Positions 23,222-37,255 are shown, counted from the stretch's first letter. The stretch: DNA of 64,000 bases from Paraspadella gotoi (GCA_051294375.1 CM119263.1:3410593-3474592), one strand, 5' to 3'. Made by a program: numbers and translations. The notes: generated by a model not told the origin, from the sequence alone.

Positions 23222-25734
23222 AAAGTGAATGAAAGTAGAAAAATGGAAAAACTGGAGGGACTCCGTTAAATGACGACGACGACGACGACCCACNNNNNNN
23301 NNNNNNNNNNNNNNNNNNNNNNNNNNNNNNNNNNNNNNNNNNNNNNNNNNNNNNNNNNNNNNNNNNNNNNNNNNNNNNNNNNNNNNNNNNNNNNNTCAGT
23401 TTTTAAAAATATTTATCAAATGTACAAATTACAATTTACAATTTGTGGCCAACGTGAGTTCGAAATGAATGAAACTTTTCTCTGTCGAACGGAACCCAAA
23501 TTCACGCGACCGAAAAAGAGCAAGAGGAAAAAAAATCAAAGGATGTGAAAGGAAGAACCCGGATGTGAAAGAAATCCATTATCAATCGAGTTTAGGATCG
23601 GAGACCCGGATGCAATTGAAATGTACAGAAAGTCGACAGTATCCTCGCGACTTTTTAACCCAGTTTCTTTTGTCCTTTGGTTTAGTGATTTTTTTTCCTT
23701 TTTTTTTAAGAGAGAGAGAGAGAGAGAGAGAGGAATTCTTNNNNNNNNNNNNNNNNNNNNNNNNNNNNNNNNNNNNNNNNNNNNNNNNNNNNNNNNNNNN
23801 NNNNNNNNNNNNNNNNNNNNNNNNNNNNNNNNNNNNNNNNNNNNNNNNNNNNNNNNNNNNNNNNNNNNNNNNNNNNNNNNNNNNNNNNNNNNNNNNNNNN
23901 NNNNNNNNNNNNNNNTTAAAAATAAAAGCCAAAAATGTTGTTTCTATACCCAAAGTCATATTTTTATTACCAAAACATAATTCTTTGCTCCGTGCGCCGA
24001 TGAAGAAAAATTTCGTTTTACGAGATAAACGATGTTGCTTTCTACTGTTTTTCTCGGGAGCGATTAATGTCAAGGGTTCGAACTTGGATCCATTACCTGG
24101 TCTTAGGTTTGGTCTTGAACCCTGTTAAGGTCTCGATCTTTGACTCGGACAAGGTTTCATTCTAATTATAGATTTATTTCCATGAGCCAAATTTTAATTC
24201 ATGTCTAGGTTTAAGTCTTAGCTACCCTCATTTCAATAATCGTTCGAGTCCAGGTCTTCTTTTTTTCCAGGTCTTCATCTATATTTGGGTCCAGATTATT
24301 ACCTCTTATCTTTAAGACTGCGTCTCGAACCAGTCCTGACTGACGACGACGACGACGACGACGACATTCCGTTGACGCTGTCGACTTCGACCGACAAAAA
24401 ATCTCCGTCGAATTCAAAACAACAAATTCTTCCGGGAATTAAGAGCCTCTTAATAAGAGGTGGTCGAGGAAAAGGCCTTACAGGGTGGTCAAAAATATTA
24501 GACTTTTTATATACAAATATATACATATTTTTTTATATAAAATATTTACTTTCATTACACTTTATTTCACATGTATTTCACACGAATTTATATCAATAAT
24601 ATCATATATAATTTAGGAAAAAAAATATTTGAAAAAAAAAGTTTGAGCTAACAATGACATAACTACACATTATAAAAAATAAAAATGAAAAAGAAAATGG
24701 AAAAAGCCAAGACTCTGACTCATTGTCTCTCTCCCTCCCCTCTCTTTTTTTGAATTGCCCTGCAGAAAAAATGCGTCTTTTTTCTTAAAAACTTTTTTTT
24801 TTTCATCGGCAAAGCGGTTTCCTTCGAACAGGGCCGCTAATTCCCCATGCGGTGATCACTGCCAAATTTGAAAGGGGAATTTTCTTTTTGGGTTCTAAAT
24901 TTTTAGANNNNNNNNNNNNNNNNNNNNNNNNNNNNNNNNNNNNNNNNNNNNNNNNNNNNNNNNNNNNNNNNNNNNNNNNNNNNNNNNNNNNNNNNNNNNN
25001 NNNNNNNNNNNNNNNNNNNNNNNNNNNNNNNNNNNNNNNNNNNNNNNNNNNNNNNNNNNNNNNNNNNNNNNNNNNNNNNNNNNNNNNNNNNNNNNNNNNN
25101 NNNNNNNNNNNNNNNNNNNNNNNNNNNNNNNNNNNNNNNNNNNNNNNNNNNNNNNNNNNNNNNNNNNNNNNNNNNNNNNNNNNNNNNNNNNNNNNNNNNN
25201 NNNNNACCGACCGACCGACTGAGAACCGCCTTGAACTCCAGTTACTTCGAGGCTTCCAACGCTCGTACATTAATTTATGTTTGACAACCGAAAGTCCTTC
25301 GAAGGCTGAGGATCGCATTCACCTTGACTTTAACGAAGAGCACACTGTGAAGAGTGTAACACACAGCGCTTCAAACTGTGCTCCACATTATGCTCCACAT
25401 TGTGCTCCGCGTTGATACCAACATAACCGTTTATCACGATTAGGATATGTATAACGATCGACGTACGCAGTTTGTGACAGTTTTTTTGTCAAAACATTTC
25501 TCTTGCACAGTGAATTTGGAACCGAAATCACAGAGTTGATGTTTTTTCTAAAATTAGTGAGTGAAAAGGAAACGAAGGTAACTTTTTCGAAGTTCGGAGT
25601 CACAACAGCTGACGTGACTCTGTGACAGGGATGTATTACTGGAAAGAAGCAGGGAGTGTGAAAATGAGGCAGAGGGAATGAAAGAACAAAATGTTAAGAA
25701 TAGAAGAGGGGAGGGAAAGAGAAAATGAATGAAT

Positions 25735-25736
25735 GA

Positions 25737-25788
<52 letters not shown>

Positions 25789-25790
25789 AA

Positions 25791-25853
<63 letters not shown>

Positions 25854-25880
25854 ATTTATTAATTAATTAATTAATTAATT
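25735..25880. repeat. Compound (GAAA)n(TAAA)n(TTAA)n microsatellite
   Basis: Read directly. Noisy copies occur at about 39170-39390 (direct) and 28200-28320 (inverted). Confidence 0.92.
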
Positions 25881-26115
25881 AATTGATAAAAAAAATAAAG
25901 AAATGAAGAAATAAAGAAATAAATAAATAAAAAATAAATAAATATAGAAGAAATAAGAGAATAAGAGAAATGAGTAGAGGAATAAGTTAAGAATCGAGAG
26001 CGCGGCTTCAGTCTGAATGAAGCTCAAGTCAAACGCTTGTTGTGATTGAGATGAATCGGGTAATAAATTTGGTTTCAACCCTTGAAGTGATAACCAAATT
26101 AGGGAATGAACGAGG

Positions 26116-26149
<34 letters not shown>

Positions 26150-27769
26150 AAAAGGAAATGGAAAAAAAAAGAAAGATAGAGAAAACTAGAAATAAACGTG
26201 GGAACAGGGATGGGTCAACGACAAAACAACAACATCGTTAAAGACTAAACAATAACAAAACAAAAAAAAAACGTCATGAATATGTTATCTTATTTTCCTA
26301 ATGCAGTTCGTTCTTCTTCTTCTTATTTTTTATTTCTACTACCATTTCAATTTGCTATGATTTAACAGAGTATATTATTGCAGTATCGATGGAGCGGAAT
26401 AGCGATTTGTTACTTGAATCATTCTCTCTCTCTCTTTTCTCTTTTCTCTCTCTGCTCTCTCTCTGCTCTCTCCTCTCTCTCATCCTCTCTCTCTCTCTCT
26501 CGTCTCTCTCTTTCTCTTCTCTTCTCTCTCTCTCTCTGCTCTCCCCGCCAACCCGGGCTCATCTTGTCTCTTGTCTCTCTCTCTCGTTCATTGTTTTCCC
26601 CGTCACGGAACGTTTTCAGAATTTTATAAAATATCATAGTCTGCATGGAGACGAATGGATCCGAGAAACAAGAATAGCAAGGGGAGGGAGTAAGTGAGAT
26701 AGTGGAGAATTGCGTATAATTCAAGGCAAAAAACATTCTAAAATGCGAGAGAAAATTATAAAAAGAAAAATAAACAAAAAAAGCACTATCCATCAAAACA
26801 AAAAACAAATTATCCGTTCACGTAGTTCGATTGGAGAAAGAAATCCAAAAGTGGCACTTTCACGAGAGTGGCAGAGGTTGTTTCCAGTGGTTAGATAGTA
26901 GCGTCGTGGCCCGTGTCGGTTGTGGCATCAGGAGTGGCAAAGGTGTTTCCAGTTGGTGACAGTAGGTAACGTACGGTGGCGGCGGTTGTGGCATCAGGAA
27001 GTGCCAGAGGTGTTTCCCGGTAGATGCCATTTTCCTTCATCAAAGTGATAGTATAATTTTTTTTATGTATCGTCTGGATAGGCTGGCGAGCTATGTTGCT
27101 TTAGGAATCACGGAGTGCTAGAGGTGTTTCAGGGTGGAGATAGTAAGGAAAAGTAAGGTGGACGAATGTCGTGTTTTGCAGATCAATGAGTGCATAAGGG
27201 GTGTTTCCAGTGGTAGAGTGCGTCGGTGGCGGCGGGAAAGTGGTGATTCAAAGTGAAAGAGGGCGTCGGTGATTCGAAGGGGCGGACACGTGACTGCACA
27301 TCCGGTTCGACTTGGCACTCGATTTTAAAATGGAGGACAACAAAGAGTCAGATGGGAGTTATACCATCACTTGTATGTTTACATTCTCTTCACTTGCTTG
27401 AGCGGAGGGTACAGAGCACGAATCCTTGGAAGTGGAAATCTACTCTCTCTCTCTCATCAATCTCTCCCTCCGGGACTCTCGATTCCAAATACGTCTTCAG
27501 TGATATTACCTTATTATGTCCTTCGAACTCTCTCTCTCATCCGTGAGGATGGGCGTAAATCCATAATCGGACAGACGAGTTTTAATTTCAAGCCGAAAAC
27601 CTTTAATCTCCTCGTGGGCGGTTTTCTAAGTTTTTTTTGGTTGAGGAATTATCAATGCTAACTTATTTGATATTCCATGTTTTCGTAGCTTTTTTTTGGT
27701 TATTGTTGTTCTCTTTTTCTGACCAATAATTTTTTTCTTCAATTTCTACTTTTTCTCTCAAAAGAGTAG

Positions 27770-30700
27770 TTGTTTTTTTTTTGTTTTTGTTAATGTTTTA
27801 TTTCTTTAAACGATGTTGTTGTTTTGTCGTTGAACCATCTTGTTCCCCGTTTATTATCTAGTTGGTTAACTCCTCATCTTCTTTTTTTTTTCCATTCTTT
27901 CTCTTTTATTTTCTTTCTTTCTTTCTTGTCTTTCTTCTCCCTCGTGTCATTCCTAATTTGGTTATCAACTTCAAGGGTTGAAACAAAATTTATTACGTAT
28001 TTCATCTCAATCGCCACAACAAGCGTTTGGACTGTGAGCTTCAACTCGTCAGACTGAAGCCTGCGCTCGTTCAATGTGCTAACTTATTCCTTACTCATTT
28101 CTCTATTCTCGTATTCATTTTTCTTATCTCTATATATATTATATTATATTTATTAACATGATGATATTTCTTTATTTCTTTATTTTATGTATTATCACAT
28201 TTAATTTAATTTATTTTATTTATTTATTTATTTATTTATATATTTATTATATTATTTCTCTTAATTTTATATTTAGTTTATTATATTTCTTTCTTTCTTT
28301 TCTTTCTTTCTTTCTTCTCTTTAAGGGTCTTTTTTGTATATCTTTCCTTTCTTTTCTTTTTTCTTAACTTTCTTTCATATAATAATCGTCTTTCCAACCC
28401 AATCGCACCTTCTTAAAGAAAATTTCATACAATTTTCTAACTATTTAAATTTAAAACATTTATGCATCAATGATGTTGCTTTGGCTTTTTTGTTTTTGTC
28501 AAATATATGTTCACTATTCTTTCAGTCGTCGTCCACAACGTCTGCCAGCTTATGGTTTACATTTTTTTTCACACAATTTTCTTTTATTTTCAAAACTGAC
28601 GTATCCACTAGCTTTCTTTCCTATAAATTCCAAGAGGGTAATACTACGGATTTGGTCTAACTTATTTTTGGGGTTTTTGAGGGCTATGAAGATTAATTCC
28701 CGGTAGTCATAATCGAGACAAGAGGTTGTTTTTTTTCTATCGTTTTTCAGCTTGGTTTTGTGAACTCCGATATTTCTTTTTCACTTACACAGAAAAAAAG
28801 TGAATTTTACTCTTTGTCCCAACTGGGTTTATTATCGTATTTAATGTTCTAATTTCGTCGAAAATCAATACAATTCTTAGATTTGTAATTATTCAATGTA
28901 TACCAAGATTATTCCCAATGACTATTAAAAAACCACTTATTTAATTCAACCAGTCACCTTCAATGGTGATATAATTTGTATTGCTTGTGCGGCTTTGTTT
29001 AACTTTGAACTGAAAATAAATACAAGCAAAATTTATAGACGGATAGCGAAAAGGTTAGCTAATTTAAATCCGATCAAACTCTGTGCAATCAAGAATGTAA
29101 TGTTAAAGGGGAATCCTTTCCTGTTTTTCAATATTTTGGTAAACAAAAGAAAAAAAAAAAATTTCCACAAGCCTGTCGTATCGTGAAACATATTTTTAAT
29201 GGCAAAAAGTTATTTAGATATTAAAAGCTAGTGGGTAAAGATTCTATGGATATAAAAGGTACGATAAAACTAGTTTCAGGAGGAGGTGTGACTCCAGGAT
29301 AGGGGGCTTGTATACTTCTGAAAACCGTCGTTCTACCCAACCTATTCTCCATAAACCATCCCTATCTCGTTGATAACCGGTTATGTTTTGTTTGCTCTTT
29401 TATTCTCTTTTCCGAAAGTATATCCGAAGGGAAAAATTACAGTTTCTCTGTTAAGAGAGAGAACCCACCAATGTTGAGCATAGATGTGAGCACAGTTTGA
29501 ACGCGTGTGTGGGGCTTTAAAGAGGAGAAAACCCTTAAGGGGATTCGAAAAAACACCCTACGCAGTACAATCTTGTTAATAAAATTTCGGGGCCAAAAAG
29601 GCGGGAGTATCTTCGAAGTTATTCGCGGTTATTTCTGTTACACCGTTAAGTGTTACTCTAAAATTTTAAAGAAATAAAGACTGTATTAAAGGAAAAAAAT
29701 TTTGCCGGGCCGCCTACGAGAGGACATATCTCAACTGTCTCCGGTTTTACCTTATCGGGTCTTACATCATTAATTGGATTTATATGCTGGAGAAATCAAG
29801 CAAATCTAAAAAACGTTTTATTCGTCTTTTTTTTTTTTAAATAGTTTGGTATGAGTTGCGTTCACGAAAACTTCTACGAGAAGAAGACTGACGTATGTCG
29901 AGATTTAATTCTGGGTGGACTGAAAATTCTATTGCCAGCATTTAAAGCTGAACGTTTATTTGGAACTAGTATCATCTGGAAACGCTCATCGCATTTGTAA
30001 GGAGAATTTAGAAAACGGTTTTTTTTGCCAACAGTTGTAGATTGATGAATGTCATAACGGCATCTCCCTCTCGAAAGTAAACAGGGACCGTGAGTGTGCC
30101 ATATAAAAATATATAAAAATAAAACTAATAGTGTGGTTGCCTTCCCGGAAGTGGAGGGTATCTACAAAGTAGAGAGACAGGAGACACACATAAGCGAGGA
30201 GGATAAAAAAAGAGAAGACGCGGAAGAGGAGAAGACAGAGAAGATCACCCGTCGTCTTCCCGTTTGCGTTAAAGGAGTAGGAGATTTCGTCTCATTTCCA
30301 AATTGAGGAGATCGAGGAGAATCCTAAAATTCCAATATTACTTATGTATTACAGGAAGGTGTGGGAGTATGGAAAATAAATGGTTATTATGATTCCTCCT
30401 TATATTATATCTAAAAGAAGAATATAAGATGATAGTGAACAATAGCTAACGAGTATGATAAGGAACCGTAGGGAATAAATGTTTATTGAATTTACGCAAT
30501 ATTTTATTTTTTATGAATCAGAGAGAGAAGGAAAAAATTATTAATTTCGATCAAGTTTATAAGTAGAGATTAGTATTAGATCAGAGTTGAGAAAGAATTG
30601 AAAATGATTATGGGATTGGAGGTTCTTTTTTAGGAAATAGACACCAGACTCACCGGAGGTCAATTTTAATATTTTTGGCATAATTTAAATTAATGTATAG

Positions 30701-31601
30701 TATAAAATAAGTTAGACTAAATAGCGCTCAAAATACATTGATATTTAAAAAGGATAAAAGTGGAATTTAATATACCTGTACATTTACCCCACCCGACCCC
30801 ACAAAAACACGATATATTATTTGATATTTTTTTTCAATTAATAATAGAACAAATGTATTCAGATATACCGTTAACAAATAAGTAAAATGTTACGAGCTGA
30901 TAATCTCCGTCTGTTCATCGGAGTCAACAGAGTGGGGAGACTCCTATTTTTATATAATTTTGCTAAAAGTGGGGCCCGACCGGGTCAAGAGTTACAGTAA
31001 TAATAAAAACACAAAAAAATTATCTTTCTTAGGGAAAATGGATACAAGATACATACATACCAGGTATCCCTAACTGTCACACAGATTAGCTGATGCACAT
31101 TAGTTGACATTGCATGTGTCAATTTTAAGTTTATTTTTTTACTTTATTTAAATGTAAACACGAAAATCTCGGATGTTAATTGGGGGATTTTGTATTAAAA
31201 AAATGGCGATATAAAGGGTTTTAAAAAAGGAAAAATATATCTGAATTTCAAAAAATGAACGATACGCAAGAGATCGTACAGAGGAGAGAGGACAGAAGAG
31301 GAGAGAGGGAGAGCGAGAAGGGAGGGGGGGGAGAAGAAGCTGAACTGACGCCGCAGTGCCGGAACTGTTCGTTTACTACGTTCGCCGAGTGACGGTGTAG
31401 GACTAAAAAATAAAAAAAAAAGAGATAGAGACAAGGGAGAGAAAGAGAGAAGGATAGGAAGAGAAGAGGAGAGAGAGAGAGAGCCGGGAACTCGTTTGAT
31501 GAATCGTTGCCGTCGTGGTGAAAGAAAAGTACTAAAAATGTTTTTTGTAAAAAAAAAAGAGAGAGAAGAGAAGAGAGAAGAGAGAGAGAGAGAGAGAAAA
31601 G

Positions 31602-31650
<49 letters not shown>

Positions 31651-31700
31651 TGAGAGAGAGAGCAGAAAGTTTCGTTTCCCCGCCAACGATAGAGAAATAT
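27770..31700 (-). repeat. Inverted copy of 26272 back toward about 25000, clean to about 28380 and then insertion-degraded
   Basis: 'tttaaacgatgttgttgttttgtcgttga' (about 27806) is the reverse complement of about 26215-26242. 'gagcacagtttgaacgcgtgtgtg' (about 29488) is the reverse complement of 'cacacagcgcttcaaactgtgctc' (about 25360). The right boundary is approximate. Confidence 0.7.
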
Positions 31701-32282
31701 TTAGGGTCATCCATCGTTTATATGGTGTTATCCGTTGCCCTCAACGGCGACGTGATCCCTCGGTCAAAGTTGATTTTTATAGCTAACACGTACGGTTTCT
31801 CCCCGTTGCCATCCGCAAAAAAAACGCGTTTATTAGTCATTGTTCTCGACCATAGTGGTTGAAAATGGCAGGTCAAGTTAAAGATATTTCTCAAACATTT
31901 TCTCAAAAAAAATCCATGGAAAAGATCCGGGTGTAAATTTGGGAATTGTTGGTATCGTGGAAAAAAAGATGAGCGCGGAATTAATGGCAAATAATAAAAG
32001 TTTAAGAAGGGCGAAAAATAATCAGAATTTTTTTCAAAAAAAAAAACGGAGTAACGATCAGGCATGAGATCGTCAGGGAAGAAGACAGAAAGAGAGACAA
32101 GATATATAAATTGAGTGCGACTACACCGCACCGGTCTCCTCTCGTCTTACCCTTCCTACCCTCTTTCCCCTCCGTGCCGGCTTTCAAACACGGTCACTGT
32201 TTGCCCTAGCTTTGCATGACCTGAGATTGACCCGGACACAATATATAGGGCCGAGGCNNNNNNNNNNNNNNNNNNNNNNNNN

Positions 32283-34570
32283 TGATTCAAGTGAAAGAGG
32301 GCGTCGGTATTCGAAGGCGGACACGTGACTGCACATCCGGTTGACTTGGACTCGATTTTAAAATGAGACACAAAGAGTCGATGGAGTTCCATCACTTATT
32401 ACATTCTCTTCACTTGCTTGATGCGAGGTACGGCAAATCCCTTTCAAGTGGAATACTCTCTCTCATCATCTCTCCTACTCTCTCATCTCTCTTTTACTTT
32501 TATGTCTTCGAACTCTCTCTCTCGTGGAGATGGGCGTAAGTCCATAATCTGACAGACGAGTTTTAATTTCAAGCCGAAAACCTTTAATCTCCTCGTGCGG
32601 TTTTCTAAGTTTTTTTTGGGTTGAGGGAATTAAATGCAACTTAATTTGATATTCCATGTTTTCGGTAGCTTTTTTTTGTGTATTTATGTTCTTTTTTCGG
32701 CAAATTTTTATTCTTTTCAATTTCTTCTTTTCTCTCAAAAGAGTAGTTGGACTGGAAAAGAGAGCGAAGATAATTTACGGTCTTTCCTTCGATTCTTCCT
32801 TTTGGTCAGAAATGGATCCTTTTATTTGGGAGAGAAAAAGTCGGTCAAATCACGAAGACCAAATAAGGAGATGGAACTGAAGGAAAGATCAGAGAAATAT
32901 TGAGAAATATGGGGAGGGAGGAAAGAAGAGGAAGAAAAGAAAGTGAGAGGAAATATTAAGATGAATTGTAAAAGTGGGAAGGAGAAAACTTTGGAATTTG
33001 GGGAGAACGAAAGATGAATGAGTAGTTTCACTTTTTATGAAGTTGGTTCAACCAATATAAAATTATCTTCATTGTTTAATAAATGTTCAAGGAAATGTGG
33101 TGTGGAGAAAAATTAATTGACGAAAAAAGGAGTCATAGTGCTAAGAGACATAAAAAGATAGAAAGAAAAAAAAGATTGGCAGAAAGAATAGTTGATAAAA
33201 GGAGTCATAGAGCTAAGGAAGATAGAAAGAAAGAAAATAATATGAGACTAAAAGAAGGAAAGAAATTAAAAAAATAATAATAAAAATAAAGCGAAACAAA
33301 AAAAAAAGAGTAAAAAGTAAAAGAAAAAAAAGTTTAAAAATGGTTCCATATTTTTTTCGTCGTCCTTTGACTGACAATTCAGCTGAGGAGACTGGAAGGN
33401 NNNNNNNNNCCTCGAATCACCGACGCCCTCTTTCACTTTGAATCACCACTTTCACCGCCGCCACCGACGCTACTATCACCACTGGAAACACCTATGCCAC
33501 TCCTGATGCCACAACCGCCGCCACCGACGCCTACTATCACCACTGGAAACACCTCTGCCACTCCTGATGCCACTTTTGGATTTCTTTCTCCATCGAATCA
33601 CGTGACGAATTTTTTTGTTTTTTTGTTTTTATGATTTGTTTTTGTTTATTTTTCTTTTTTATTTTCTCGCTTTTAATGTTTTTCCTGAATATGCAATTTT
33701 TTATTCACTTACTCCCTTTGCTATTTTGTTTCTCGAGATCCATTCGTCTCACGCTCTGATTTAAATTCTGAAAAGTTGGCGGGAAAAGCGAGAGAGAGAG
33801 ACAAAGAGAAAGAGANNNNNNNNNNNNNNNNNNNNNNNNNAAAAAAAAAGGAGAGAGATAGAACCAACTTCATAAAAGTGAAACTACTCATCTTCATCCT
33901 TTCGTTCTCCCCAAAATTCCAAAAGTTTTTCTCACTTCCCACTTTTACAAATTCAATCTTTAATATTTCTCTCTCACTTTCTTTCTTCCTCTTCTTTGCC
34001 TCCGCGTCCCCATAGTTCCCAATAGTTTCTGCTGATTCTTCCGTTCAGTTCCATCTCCTTATTTGGTCTTCGGTGCATTTGACCCGAACTTTTGTGTTCT
34101 CCCAAATAAAAGATCCATTGTCTGACGCAAAAGGAAGAATCGAAGCGAAAGACCGTAAATGTATCTTCTTCGCGTCTCTTTCCAGTCAGGAATGTTATCT
34201 TTATTTTTCCTTATGCCAGTTTGTTTCTTCTTCTTATTTTTTATATTTTCTGACTACAATTGTCAATTACTATGATTTTAACAGAGTATTGGCAGTATCG
34301 TATGAGCGGAATAGCAATTTCTGATCCTTTTCTCTCTCTCTCTTTCTAGCTTTGCTCTCTCTCTCGTCGTCTCTCGATCTCTCATCTCGTCTCTATTCTC
34401 TCTCTCTCCTCTTGTCTCTTTCTTTTCTCTTTCTCGCATCTCGATCCTCTCTCTCTCGCTTCAGGATCATTAAAAATATAAAAATAAGAAGAAGAAAAAA
34501 CTGGCATAGGATAAAATAAGATAACATTTCTTGACTGGAAAAGAGAGCGAAGATAATTTACGGTCTTTCC
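32283..34570. repeat. Mosaic of redundant fragments
   Basis: 32283-32745 matches 27245-27770. 32745-33399 matches 44450-45155. 33550-33815 and 43900-44450 are inverted copies of 26280-26860. 33860-34190 is an inverted copy of 32750-33050. 34140-34250 and 34470-34570 are mutually inverted. Confidence 0.8.
33410..33575. repeat. 60-bp tandem repeat (ACCGCCGCCACCGACGCTACTATCACCACTGGAAACACCTCTGCCACTCCTGATGCCACA)
   Basis: Two units here, several noisy units in reverse orientation at about 26850-27250, and a noisy version at about 43785-43915. Confidence 0.8.
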
Positions 34571-35008
34571 TAAGAGTAAGTAGTGGGAGAGAGACGGAGG
34601 GTGCGCGCCGCCGAGAGACATGGAGCGGAGGAACGGGGACGGGGAGAAGGAAAGGTTGAGTATGGCGACGAGAATAAGATGGCAATATTAATTATGACTC
34701 TTATATCGGATAATCGAGTGGCGGGAGTTATCGAACCACTCAGAAGTAAGTATGCATTCACAGAAGTGCACATGTCTATGAGAGTGGCAGTAGAGGAGAG
34801 AGGAGAGTAAGGATGACGAAGAGATGAGAAGACATTAGGCAGGCAGAGCAGAGCACAAAGACGCGTGAGAAGAGACAGGTACATTTGACCGCAAACGTCT
34901 CTGGCGCATAATTATTTGAATTAAAAAAAGTTGTAAACAAGAGGGAAACGTAAAATTTAATATGAAAAATTTTAAAATGTGTTCAAATTTAATTTTAATT
35001 TGTCTCAC

Positions 35009-35140
35009 AGATTGTCCGGGTCGACAACTTGGTCCCGTCTTTGACCGGCCCGAATTTCCGCAGAATTGTGACCCTCTGCCATGCAGTTGGGAGTTCACAT
35101 CGGATCACCCGATCCGGTAGTAGGAGTCAGACTTACGACC
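35009..35140 (-). CDS. ADAMTS-like exon 2 (Cys-rich module), visible only in the noisy copy
   Basis: Acceptor 'ttttgcccag' and donor GTGAGA. Across indels it reads approximately GRK...YY...RCEL.NCMAEGHN...KFGPVKDGT.CRPGQS, matching the ADAMTS 'CxLxCxAxG...VxDGTxC' motif. Confidence 0.8.
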
Positions 35141-35297
35141 CTGGGCAAAAGATGCACGGGACAGAGCGAACCTCGGATTAATGGAACCTTTCTTTTAAAC
35201 GAAATTTCGTTTATTATTGGCATTGTTTATTCTCGCAGTTTTTTGTTAATTTGTTAACTTAATTTTAAGGAAATTATATAGTTAAAATAATTTCAAC

Positions 35298-36333
35298 CTT
35301 ATCTTCCATCTCCACATCATCTGCACGACGAAAACTGAAACGCCTGAAGTCCATCTCGTCCTCGTTCGCATCGAACCGCGCGTTGGCAGATCCTCACGCT
35401 GCGTCGCCTCCGCCGATCCCAGCGACCAGCGGCTCCGCGCGCCGTCGCAGCCGCGCTCCGGTCCGCACGTCCGCCGCCGCAAGGACCGCGTGCAGCGCGG
35501 ACCAGGACCGACAGGTGGGACCGGCGAGGGTGAAGGGGCGTCGGGGTCGAGGCAGGGCGAAGGTTGCGGAGAAGATCGATGAAGGAGGACGAAAGGAGGG
35601 GCAGAGGACGAGGAGAGCGTAAGGCAAGGGTCTCGAACTTTGTCGGGCGGAGGACGAATTCGTCGACACGGCTCCTTCCTTTCGAACGAAGCTGGCCGAC
35701 GTTTTTCTTTCTTGGTCGGTGGCGTCTCGTTGCCTTTGTCGGTTCGGCGTATCTGGACGAGCGCTTTCCGGCGTCGAGAATATGTGCCGACGGTTGTCGA
35801 CTATTTTTGCGTTCGTTTTAAGTGTCGGATGTCAGGACGGGGCGATCGTGCTATCACAATCTGCGCTATCATTCTGTTCGAACGTTTTGTGGATCATCGT
35901 ATGAACCATAAAATTTTCAGTGCGCTTGCCCCTCACCCTTAGCTGGATGCTTTCTTCCATAATCGCGGGACCAATTTCGACGAACATTTTTTAACGTTGT
36001 CTGTTAATACCATCTGGCGACATCGATCGGCCAACCGTATGCCTTCAATTGGATCGTGTTCCTTTTTCCACGCTTTTTCCACCAACCGATTTCGGCTTTT
36101 TGTTCAATTCACGTTCAGACCTGTCGCCGAACATCTGTTCGATATCTGTTCGATCATCTGTCCGACGCATCTGTTCGAATCATACTGTCCGACCTATCTT
36201 TCCCGATTCACGCGTTGTTGTAACTTTCGTTGCTTCCATCCTCTTTCCGTAGAATTTTGTAGCTGAAGGCCAACGCCAATTGTGAATGCAGATGAAGAAG
36301 AAGACGCAAAACCGAAAATCCAGAACAATTCAT
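35298..36333 (-). pseudogene. Frameshifted copy of ADAMTS-like exon 1 (more likely an uncorrected read than a true pseudogene)
   Basis: Collinear with 21868-22983 with many 1-nt indels. 35440-35510 reconstructs the TSP1 core WSACTRSCGGGVRTRERGCDGARSRC. Confidence 0.7.
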
Positions 36334-36701
36334 TTTTTTTATGGCGTCGAAATTTTAAGACAAAAATTGAGGAACGAAAAAGAAGGAAAAAGTAAAAAGT
36401 TTGTTTTGACGTGAAAAGACGATGACGAAACAGGATGAAGAAGATGAGAAGACGAAGACGAAGAAGAAGAAGAAGAAGAAGAAGAAGAAGAAGATGACGA
36501 AGAACGAAGAAAATGACGAGGAAGAAGATGAAAGGTGAAATGAAAGTAGAAAATGGAAAACGGAGGGACTCCGTTAAATGACACGACGACGACGAACCCA
36601 CGACACGACGACGACGAGAGAACTCTTTCGCGATTAACGAAGATCGTGAAATGTCAGGCGCATGGTCAAACGCGTAAACAACCAATGAAAATCATATGAA
36701 T

Positions 36702-36805
<104 letters not shown>

Positions 36806-37195
36806 GAGGACGGCAGTGTTTCAATGTTTCTCGCTTCAGTTTTAAAAATTTATCAATGTAAAATTAACAAATCTTTACAATTTGTGGCCAACGCTGAGTT
36901 CGAGAAGAATGAAACTTTTCTCTGTCGAACGAACCCAAAATTCACGCGACCGAAAAAGACCAAAGGAAGAAAAATCACAGATGTGAAAGGAAGGAACCCG
37001 ATGTGAAAGAAATTCATTATCAATCGAGTTTAGGATCGGAGACCCGGATCAATGAAATGTACAGAAAGTCGACAGTATCCTCGCGACTTTTAAACCCAGT
37101 TTCTTGTCCCTTTTGTTTAGTGATTTTTTATTCCTATTTTTATTTTGAAATGGAAAAGGATGAAAGGAAGGAGAGAGAGAGAGAGGAGAGAGAGA

Positions 37196-37255
<60 letters not shown>

